From positions 77,738 to 141,737 of the IMG/VR virus record IMGVR_UViG_3300044692_000034: a stretch of 64,000 nucleotides of DNA; one strand, written 5' to 3'. Below the pieces are notes generated by a model. The model was not told the DNA's origin. It worked only from the letters and a program-made list of their open reading frames with translations, and ran no database searches. The DNA is from a virus. A program made the position numbers and the translations under genes. How positions within the stretch are numbered: the stretch's first letter is position 1; each line of letters starts with the position of its first letter. This document shows, one piece after another, positions 56,634 to 63,918 of the stretch.

Positions 56634-56999
56634 CTAGAGCCGCCAGGGCTCCGAGCCGGGATCGTACCCCTTCGTCTCGCTTGACTTCGCGGCGTTCTGG
56701 TGTCGCTTCAGGTGCGCCTCGACGCCGGCGCGGTCCGCATCGGGGATGTTCGCTCCCGGTAGACGCGCCAGCGCGTTGTTGACGCCGTTCAGGTTTGCAG
56801 CTCCCGGCTTGCCATTGACGACCTCGTGGTGCGGGAACTTGTACGCCGCCTTCTTCGTCTGGTCCGCGCTTCCGTCGACCCACGCGTACATCAGCCGCAG
56901 TGTCGACCTGCCGGCGTCGTCAGGGATCTTGCTGACCTGAGAATTCGCATCCCAGGTCCCTTCGACCACCTTCGTGTTGTGTGGACCGATTGCAGGCAA
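56634..56999 (-). CDS. Stand-alone head-associated domain (WD...YAWVD...YKFPHH) ending EPWRL
   Basis: GAGGAGG RBS before TTG; domain I recognise as usually fused to phage prohead proteases. Confidence 0.7.
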   Translation of the reverse strand: MPAIGPHNTKVVEGTWDANSQVSKIPDDAGRSTLRLMYAWVDGSADQTKKAAYKFPHHEVVNGKPGAANLNGVNNALARLPGANIPDADRAGVEAHLKRHQNAAKSSETKGYDPGSEPWRL

Positions 57000-57400
57000 C
57001 TGACCTCCTCGATGCAAGTTGCCGTGCACGGTACCGGCGACAGCCCGAGCGTGTGTACCATGCCTATGCTCCCGGCCGGACAGCCCGGGGCGTGTATGGC
57101 TCAAAGGCGTTGACGGCGGCTGGTGGTCTATGGGAGGACTCCGGCCGCCGTTGGCGTCTCCTGTACCATGCGCCGCGCGACGTCGAGCGGGCCGCCTCAT
57201 ACCCTGCGACCCCAGAGGGCGAACACTCTCCACGACCCCATAACGACCAGGTGCGGGGAGCCGTCGGATCAGGTGCGAACAATCTCCCGGCTAGTCCTCC
57301 GACGCCGCCTACTTTCTCGCGTAGTGGGTATCGGGGGTGCGCAGGCTGCGCGCACCCGTGTAGCCTGCCGGCCACTCTTGGCCCGCCGTAGGAGCGCCCC

Positions 57401-57535
57401 GTGACTAAACTCGCTGCTGTACTTGCCGCTGTGTCAGTCGTGTTCGCCGGTGCTGTCCTTTTCGCACCGCACGCGATCCCTGACCACCAGCCAAGTGTCC
57501 GCCTTGGCCAGACGCAATACGCATCTGTTCGTTAG
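57401..57535 (+). CDS. 44-aa membrane peptide (not in ORF track)
   Basis: AGGAG RBS; MTKLAAVLAAVSVVFAGAVLFAPHAIPDHQ... Confidence 0.5.
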   Translation: MTKLAAVLAAVSVVFAGAVLFAPHAIPDHQPSVRLGQTQYASVR

Positions 57536-57627
57536 CGTGTCAAGTTCTTGAGCGGCCGTGGCCGTGGCTGTGGGCGCTGCTTGTACACGTTTGAGTCTGC
57601 GTGAACTACGATCACGAACATCTTGGT

Positions 57628-57702
57628 TCCTTGATATGCGTCGGACTGCAAATCCGTTCCCATCGCAAGGTGACGCCGGTTCGATCCCGGCCCGGGGATT
57701 CA
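57628..57702 (+). tRNA. Atypical/degenerate tRNA-Cys(GCA)-like element lacking a D-arm
   Basis: Anticodon arm cgga-ctGCAaa-tccg; T arm gccgg-ttcgatc-ccggc; U discriminator; weak acceptor stem. Confidence 0.5.
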
Positions 57703-57875
57703 TGACGACGATACCTGTACTCGGATCGACGAAAGTCCGCGAAGTTGAGTGGCCGCCATGCGCCGGCGAATGCCCCAGGTGCACGGCGCGCCTTCAATTC
57801 CACAGCCTGACGGCATGGTGCCTCTCGTGTGGCTGGTCACTCAACCGCGACCACGAGCCCGGCAAGACGGCATGA
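57702..57875 (+). CDS. Small Zn-ribbon protein
   Basis: CPRC...WCLSCGW. Confidence 0.5.
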   Translation: MTTIPVLGSTKVREVEWPPCAGECPRCTARLQFHSLTAWCLSCGWSLNRDHEPGKTA

Positions 57876-58168
57876 CCGGCAAGTTCGCAATCAGTGGCAG
57901 GATCCCAGTCGACGACCAGACGACCGTGTCGCAGGTGTCAGGCGTCGGCGCACCCGTGAAGGACGAGCATGGCAACGTCATCGGCGAGGTCGTCGGTGTC
58001 GGTCACGACCGCCGTGGCCTCTCCGTCGACATGGTGCTGACTGAGCAGGCGTACAGCGACGTCCTGCACGGCCGTGAGCCGGTCTTCTTTACGGCGCCTA
58101 CTCGTGCCGACGCTGAGCGGACATACCGTACGGCGCTCGCGCGACTACGCCGTCAGCACTGGTTCTAA
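57872..58168 (+). CDS. Hypothetical protein with prohead-protease-like segment
   Basis: PVKDEHGNVIGEVVGVGHDRRGLSVDMVL; ATGA coupling. Confidence 0.6.
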   Translation: MTGKFAISGRIPVDDQTTVSQVSGVGAPVKDEHGNVIGEVVGVGHDRRGLSVDMVLTEQAYSDVLHGREPVFFTAPTRADAERTYRTALARLRRQHWF

Positions 58169-58231
58169 AGACGGCAACGGCTCGCCGTCCTAGCGAGCCG
58201 TCAACCTGGAGGGGTTTGGACAACCGGGATG

Positions 58232-58606
58232 CTACACAGCATCCGGGCTCTTGTCGAAGAGTCGCGCTAGCACCCGCTCCACCGCACGGTGTAGGTCGGA
58301 CTCCAGCGCTGCGGCGTCTCCGACTGTGGCAGGCCCAGCCGTGCCGGCAGGGAACGTCACCTCGACCGACACACCTGTCGGCCGGATTCGGATGTCGTAG
58401 ACCGCGCCGGGCGTCTGGCATTCGGACGCAGCCATCTGTTCGACGCCGCGCCGCATCCAATCAAGCGCCTCCGTGATGAACGTCAGGGCGTGGCGGCCGT
58501 CGGAGATGCCGGGGTGCGAGTACGCGCGGTTGAGGGCGTCGCGGGCGTTTGCGATGCACTCGCGCGGCGCGACGCGGTCGGGGCCGATGGGGTCGTTCCA
58601 GTTCAC
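58232..58606 (-). CDS. Hypothetical protein
   Basis: GTGA coupling with upstream gene. Confidence 0.55.
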   Translation of the reverse strand: MNWNDPIGPDRVAPRECIANARDALNRAYSHPGISDGRHALTFITEALDWMRRGVEQMAASECQTPGAVYDIRIRPTGVSVEVTFPAGTAGPATVGDAAALESDLHRAVERVLARLFDKSPDAV

Positions 58607-59268
58607 CTGATCACCAAGTAGTCGCCACGGTTGCGCTTCGGGGGGTTTGTCATCGCTGCCCAGATTCGTGTTTCGAGTTCGGCGATGTGCATGAACGCTG
58701 GTTCGTCGAGCCCTAGCCACCACTCGTTGAGGTCACGCCATGCCCACTCTTCGTCGGAGAGTTCGAGGCATTCGGGCTTGCCGCACCGCGACCCCATGAC
58801 CTGGCTGCCGCATTCGGTGCAGCCCCGGATGCGTGCTACCACTGGCGTCCCCTCGTACGCGACGATGTCTCCGCCGATGGCCTGCTCGTACTTGACGCCA
58901 CCTTCGAGGACCACGGTGCGCCTGTTCTGGTCAGCTACGGCACGCTCGAACTGCTCGGCGAGTCGTTCGCGTGCCGCGTAGTAGGCGGCTTTCTGCGACG
59001 TGTTGTCGCCGGTCACATAGCCGCTGCTGGAGAAGGTTTCGACGTGCAGGCTGTAGGGGACGGCGTACCCGCCCCTGATCTCGTTCTCCGACAGGAGCCC
59101 TGCCTCCCTGACGAGCTTCTCCCATCGTGCGGCTTCGTCTGCTGGCAGCGGAAGCCCTTCGAATCGTTCGTCGATCGACTTCAGCTCTTCGACGCATTCG
59201 TGTATGGCTGCCATGACCTCGGTCCGGAGCATGAGGGTCTCCTCAGCGTAGGAGGCCCATGAAGCCAT
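58603..59268 (-). CDS. Mosaic protein with capsid- and portal-like segments
   Basis: See finding; gap-free motif matches to this phage's capsid protein. Confidence 0.65.
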   Translation of the reverse strand: MASWASYAEETLMLRTEVMAAIHECVEELKSIDERFEGLPLPADEAARWEKLVREAGLLSENEIRGGYAVPYSLHVETFSSSGYVTGDNTSQKAAYYAARERLAEQFERAVADQNRRTVVLEGGVKYEQAIGGDIVAYEGTPVVARIRGCTECGSQVMGSRCGKPECLELSDEEWAWRDLNEWWLGLDEPAFMHIAELETRIWAAMTNPPKRNRGDYLVIR

Positions 59269-59548
59269 CGTGCATGAGGCTGTCGCGTACGAACGCCGGG
59301 ATTGCTTCGAACGCGGTCTGTACTTTGACCGTGATCTTCTGGCCGGTTGACGGCTCGATGGTGTAGCCGAAGAACATGTACGGCATGCCGCCGTACATGA
59401 CGTAGTCCGGGTGGGTTACGACGCGGTACGCGTAGCGCGGCCACACCGGAGTCTCTGTGTTTGCTGCCGCTGGTACACCCTCGGGCATGGACTCCGCCCA
59501 GGGGAGCGCCGGCTGCGGCGTGGTGCTCTTCTCGCGTTGCTTACGCAT
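59243..59548 (-). CDS. Hypothetical protein (portal N-terminus-like segment)
   Basis: Operon coupling; weak similarity to portal N-terminus. Confidence 0.55.
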   Translation of the reverse strand: MRKQREKSTTPQPALPWAESMPEGVPAAANTETPVWPRYAYRVVTHPDYVMYGGMPYMFFGYTIEPSTGQKITVKVQTAFEAIPAFVRDSLMHDGFMGLLR

Positions 59549-60029
59549 GCTGGTACTCAGCGTACCCCGCGACGGCTTCGATGCGCTGATCGTGCCGTTG
59601 CAACCGGTACGCAAGGTAGTCCTTGACCTCACGAGCGTACGGTCCCTTTGACCAGCCCTCCAGCATGAGTACGTCATCCTTCGATTGGACGTCAACCGAG
59701 GCGTCGTATGGCTGTCGGTCTGTGGAGAAGAGATGCGCCCCGTCCCAGCCGACGTTGTCGCGGACGTACGCCACGACCTGACTGAGCGTGCGACCCACGA
59801 CGCATGTCGGCTTGCTTGCGTCAGACGCCGGTACCGCCTGAACGTCAATCTCGGGCGTGTCGCAAATCGCGTCCGCTGCGACTGCACGAGCTATCCCGGT
59901 AAGCGACGTAGTCAACGACTTGATGACGTCGGCTGGTAGCTCGCCGCTGTCGACCAAATCCAGCGGTATCGAAAGACTGAACAGGTGCGAGGGGTAGCGG
60001 CGCGTGGGCAGGCGGTCTGGGTCAGGCAT
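59541..60029 (-). CDS. Hypothetical protein
   Basis: Overlapping stop/start with neighbours. Confidence 0.6.
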   Translation of the reverse strand: MPDPDRLPTRRYPSHLFSLSIPLDLVDSGELPADVIKSLTTSLTGIARAVAADAICDTPEIDVQAVPASDASKPTCVVGRTLSQVVAYVRDNVGWDGAHLFSTDRQPYDASVDVQSKDDVLMLEGWSKGPYAREVKDYLAYRLQRHDQRIEAVAGYAEYQHA

Positions 60030-60768
60030 CGAGTCGAGGGGTTTGGAGTTTGTGCATGACCAAGGCAAGCATCGCTTGCGTCGAGTTGTCCGACTCCTCG
60101 ACCATGCGAAGTTCGTCGTACAGCTCAGGCTCGGCCTGTCGGAACAGCTCGGCTTGGCGGTTCGCTATCGCCAGCGACGCAAGTTCCTGCGAATAGAACG
60201 TCGTCTCCTGACACGCTCTGCACGTCCCCGACCAGTGGTCGCTGCGGCTCTCTGGTTCTTTTGCTTTGACATGGCCGCCGCACTTGTGGCACGTGAAAAC
60301 GTCACCGATCGCTTGGTCTCGGTATTGACGAGAACGCTGCTCCGTCAGGGGGCCGAGCGCTTCGACATCGCGGCGGCGTGCGTAGTCGAGAAATTCGAGG
60401 CGAATCGTAGGCAAGTCGTCAGGGTGCTCAGTCACCGGCACGCCGAAGAGTGTCTTGCGCGGATCTGTCGCGCTGCCGCTGAACCCGACAGCGAAGCCTG
60501 TGTCATGAGGATCGGCGCTGACCATGTCGACCCAATCCACCTTGTGGAACCTGACCTCAAGGTACTTGCCGAGCTCAAACGCCAGTCGCTTACCGGCCGT
60601 GTCGAGCAGGCCCCTGGCGCTCGCTACCTCGCGCGGCAGCGGCTCTATGCCCACCGTCCCGGGTGTTACGCGAGGGTCCACCATGAAGTGCTTCACGCTT
60701 TTGCCCTGCATTTGCGCGGCCTGGAGCACAGCTCGTATCCGACCAAAAGGTGTGGTTGGCTCAGTCAA
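60022..60768 (-). CDS. Hypothetical protein with Zn ribbon
   Basis: TCHKCG...TCRAC; TLFGVPV motif. Confidence 0.6.
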   Translation of the reverse strand: MTEPTTPFGRIRAVLQAAQMQGKSVKHFMVDPRVTPGTVGIEPLPREVASARGLLDTAGKRLAFELGKYLEVRFHKVDWVDMVSADPHDTGFAVGFSGSATDPRKTLFGVPVTEHPDDLPTIRLEFLDYARRRDVEALGPLTEQRSRQYRDQAIGDVFTCHKCGGHVKAKEPESRSDHWSGTCRACQETTFYSQELASLAIANRQAELFRQAEPELYDELRMVEESDNSTQAMLALVMHKLQTPRLDA

Positions 60769-61159
60769 CGGTGAACCTAAAGGTGTCGTAGCCGAACAGT
60801 GTGTTGGCGTGGCGGGTGTAGGCAGGCGGGATGTCCTGCCCGCGCTCGGCGTACTGCCTGGCGATGTGCGCGAGGTACGCGTCTTCCATGTGGTCAGCGG
60901 CCGTGCGCTCCGTGCCCGGCTTCCACACGTACGTGTAGGCGCAGTCAGCGCACGCGTAGATGCAGTCACCGACGTAGTAGACGCGGTCAAAGATGGCGAT
61001 GCCACGGTCAAGTGCAGCGCGGATCGTCGGGTGGTCGAGCATGAGCGAGTACGACGGGCTCACATCCACCCGGTAGATGAACGTCGCCAAGCGGCCACAG
61101 TTGGGCGCCTCGCACTTGGTGCCGAGGGGGATCTCAGGGAGCGGGTCCCACATGCTCAT
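60761..61159 (-). CDS. Hypothetical Zn-binding protein
   Basis: CEAPNC...CADC. Confidence 0.6.
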   Translation of the reverse strand: MSMWDPLPEIPLGTKCEAPNCGRLATFIYRVDVSPSYSLMLDHPTIRAALDRGIAIFDRVYYVGDCIYACADCAYTYVWKPGTERTAADHMEDAYLAHIARQYAERGQDIPPAYTRHANTLFGYDTFRFTVD

Positions 61160-61512
61160 GCCGGCGGCTCCAGCTTGCTCGTCTCGACGGTCTTCTCTCC
61201 GCGTGGCATGGGGTCCACGTACCAGCTCGGGGCATCCGGACCTGCGGTCTGGACGAACGTGCCGGTAGTGGTGCCGCCGTCCTTACTGACCCTGATCTCG
61301 AAGACGCGGTGGCAGGCGGGGCACTCGAACGCATCCGCGTACGGCGGCTCACGGAACGCCATGTCCGCCGGCCGCATGACCATGACGTCCGGGTGTGCGC
61401 AGTACGGGCACGGCATCCACTGCGCGACCTCGAGGCCATGCCCTGTGACCCTTGCGCGCTTCATCGCGGTGGCGTTCAGCTCCTCCATGCTGCTGAACGT
61501 TTCAGGCTCCAT
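61156..61512 (-). CDS. Hypothetical Zn-ribbon protein
   Basis: CPYC...CPAC; AAGGA RBS. Confidence 0.6.
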   Translation of the reverse strand: MEPETFSSMEELNATAMKRARVTGHGLEVAQWMPCPYCAHPDVMVMRPADMAFREPPYADAFECPACHRVFEIRVSKDGGTTTGTFVQTAGPDAPSWYVDPMPRGEKTVETSKLEPPA

Positions 61513-61684
61513 TTGCTGTCCTTTCGTACCTGCGCCATTCGCGGTTGTCTCGGGCTCTCTCAAGTCGAACAGCGGCGCGCTCCCTGCCCAGCTCGCAGTA
61601 CTGCCCGTGTCCGTGCACGTGGCAGTGCCCGCCCTTGCCGATACGGCCGCGCATACGACTCGCCTGCCGGTTACGCCCACGCAT
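61502..61684 (-). CDS. Small basic hypothetical protein
   Basis: Fills gap between neighbouring genes. Confidence 0.4.
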   Translation of the reverse strand: MRGRNRQASRMRGRIGKGGHCHVHGHGQYCELGRERAAVRLERARDNREWRRYERTANGA

Positions 61685-62060
61685 ACCGCACCTTGCGTGG
61701 CGGCTCCGGCACGCGTACCTCGCGTATGGGTTGCATGCTCTCACCCTCCGGGACGATGACGAATTCCAAAGGCCCGACCGACGGCAACGTTTCGAACAAA
61801 CCTTTAGGCCACTCGACCGTGTACTCCATCCGGTAAGTCGTCCCGACAGGTGCGCTCGTGTCGATCTCAGGGCGTAGGCATGCCCCTTGCTCCGGTACCA
61901 CCACCCGCGCCCGCTCACGCACCACCACCCCGCCACTCTCCACGCAGGACCACACACTCAACGCGTCCGTGAGGTCACATGGACCGTCCTGGTCGCAGAG
62001 CACCACACGCGGCGGGAGTATGACACCTTGCTCAACCTCTATCCGTGTCCGCTCGTGCAT
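61671..62060 (-). CDS. Hypothetical protein, probably leaderless
   Basis: TACGCT hexamer 7 nt upstream of ATG. Confidence 0.55.
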   Translation of the reverse strand: MHERTRIEVEQGVILPPRVVLCDQDGPCDLTDALSVWSCVESGGVVVRERARVVVPEQGACLRPEIDTSAPVGTTYRMEYTVEWPKGLFETLPSVGPLEFVIVPEGESMQPIREVRVPEPPRKVRYAWA

Positions 62061-62067
62061 GCCCCAC

Positions 62068-62073
62068 AGCGTA
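62068..62073 (-). promoter_or_regulatory. Putative -10 element (TACGCT)
   Basis: Actinobacterial TANNNT 7 nt before ATG; no RBS. Confidence 0.45.
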
Positions 62074-62465
62074 CCCCACGACCCAAAAAGTTGACTGAGA
62101 ACTGTCTCCCCCCAGACCCCCCACGCGACTTCCGTTGCGATGCCGCCTGCGGCAGCGAATTGAAAGTCTGTGCTCGTGCCGTGGGCACGAGCGGAGAGCG
62201 GTACAGCGGAAGCGAGCCGGCGAGCTGCCGTGAGGGCTGTGGGGGTGCGGCAGTGGACCCGGGCGCGACTGAGCGTGGGGGTCCTTGCCGCGTGGGTGGG
62301 TCACAGCATCCGTGAACCCGGCTGTGTGGCGTGCGGCATGCCTGTATGGGTGGCCGGGGCGCGCACCCCCGAAGGGGGTTTTCGGGCTGCGGTTGCCTGT
62401 ATGGGCCGACGGCGGGCCGCAGCGTGGGCGTGTGCGGCGGTGTCTGTGGCGTTGGGTGGGCGCGA

Positions 62466-62493
62466 GCCCTAACCCGCCGATGCGGGCTAGGGC
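62466..62493 (-). terminator. Hairpin at end of FtsK-like gene
   Basis: gccctaacccgc-cgat-gcgggctagggc overlapping the stop codon. Confidence 0.45.
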
Positions 62494-63905
62494 GTGGGGT
62501 CGGTGTCTGTGCCGTCCCCGAACGGCACAGCACGGCCGTCGTCCGGAAGCGTCCGGTGTAGCCACTCGTCCGCCCGGAGCCCATGAGCGCGACGCGCAAG
62601 ATTTTCGATGTCGGAGTCCGTCAGGTGGAACGCTTTCACGCGCAACGGAACGGCCTCCTCCGCCGCGAGCCACCCGATCCCCCGCGAGTTTTCGGTCGGC
62701 GGGATGGTTGAGGCGTCGTACCCCTGGCTCGCTGCCCGCGTGCCGAGGATCATGTCGCTTGCTTCTGCGGTGCCGGACCGGAACGCCCACCGGTACCCGA
62801 TGAGGTCCCGGAGCGATGTGGGGATCACGTCGTGTGACGGCTTCTGCGCCGCGCCGATGAAGATCACGCCGGGGGCTCGTCCCCTGCGGACCAGGTCCGT
62901 GGCGGTCTCCATGAGTGCGGTGCCGAGCGCCTTGCTCCCTACCTTTGGTCCGGCAAGGCTTGCGTAGTACGGCATCTCGTCCATGACGACGACGATGAGC
63001 TTGAGGCCCATGCTCCTCGTGATCGCCCTCGCCCCCTCCGCCTTCAGGATGTCCTTGCGGCCGTTCATCTCCTCCTGAACGGTTTTCAGGACGTCGAGTG
63101 CTTCTTTGCCGTCAAGGCCGACGAACGCTTTGCAGCACGGCGTCCATGCCGTCATCTCGTAGTCCTTGCCGTCCAGGATGTACAGGTCAACGTCGGGGTC
63201 GAGGGCGGCCGTAGCCACAATCTGGCTCATGCCGACGCTCTTACCCGACCCCGGCTCCCCACCGAGGAGAAGGTTTCGTTGCACGAGCGTGATGGACCGC
63301 TCGTAACCGTCCTCGTCGACAGCGACAGGGATCGGCTCCCACATCGACAACTGCTGCCGGTACAAGTGAGGCCACTCGTACGACTCACCCGTCATGAACG
63401 GGTCACGGCGGACGAGGACAGCCTGAGCCCTGGATGCGTCCATCGGCCGCGCCGGGTCACGAGTCACCTTGACCATGCTGCACTTGAGGGCGCCCGCCAT
63501 CTTCTGCGCCGCTGCGTCAAGCGCAGCGATCTCATCGCCGTTCGCGACCTTCAGCGTCAGCTTCTCCCCGGTCGGGACGTGCGCGACACGCAGCACACGC
63601 GGCGGGTCGACATTCCGCCTGGCGTCCATCGCCGCGCGCCGCCACTGCCGGCGCACCATGCTCGTCGTCAACCACCGCGTCAGCACGCCACGAACCCGGG
63701 CGTTTGACACGAGCACAACCGTTGTGACACTTGTCAAGCCGATCCCGATCTGGGTGCCGAGCCTTAGGCTCAGGGTGAGAGCAGTCACGAACACGACGGT
63801 GAACATCGCCAGCTCGACCCTGACACGCCACAGCAGTCGCACAAACGACGCGATCACATCAGTGCCTTCGCTCTTCCGACTGCCGCTGCGAGATGTTGAA
63901 GCCAT
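62487..63905 (-). CDS. FtsK/SpoIIIE-family DNA translocase (TraB/TcpA-like)
   Basis: N-terminal TM helices; Walker A GGEPGSGKS; Walker B VVVMDE; RRGRAPGV; AAQKPS.DVIPT.LRD. Confidence 0.9.
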   Translation of the reverse strand: MASTSRSGSRKSEGTDVIASFVRLLWRVRVELAMFTVVFVTALTLSLRLGTQIGIGLTSVTTVVLVSNARVRGVLTRWLTTSMVRRQWRRAAMDARRNVDPPRVLRVAHVPTGEKLTLKVANGDEIAALDAAAQKMAGALKCSMVKVTRDPARPMDASRAQAVLVRRDPFMTGESYEWPHLYRQQLSMWEPIPVAVDEDGYERSITLVQRNLLLGGEPGSGKSVGMSQIVATAALDPDVDLYILDGKDYEMTAWTPCCKAFVGLDGKEALDVLKTVQEEMNGRKDILKAEGARAITRSMGLKLIVVVMDEMPYYASLAGPKVGSKALGTALMETATDLVRRGRAPGVIFIGAAQKPSHDVIPTSLRDLIGYRWAFRSGTAEASDMILGTRAASQGYDASTIPPTENSRGIGWLAAEEAVPLRVKAFHLTDSDIENLARRAHGLRADEWLHRTLPDDGRAVPFGDGTDTDPTP

Positions 63906-63912
63906 GTTCAGG

Positions 63913-63918
63913 ATGGTA
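63913..63918 (-). promoter_or_regulatory. Putative -10 element (TACCAT) for leaderless FtsK-like gene
   Basis: TANNNT 7 nt before ATG 63905. Confidence 0.45.

Noticed and set aside
57010-57702. tmRNA (pseudoknots plus T-arm 3' end)
   Set aside because: No GGGG.. 5' acceptor with G3-U pair, no tag ORF ending in ALAA, and the tRNA-like part has a true anticodon arm
62487-63905. FtsK ATPase acting as the genome packaging motor
   Set aside because: It is membrane-anchored and TraB-like; HK97 portal systems use terminases, which more probably lie outside the window
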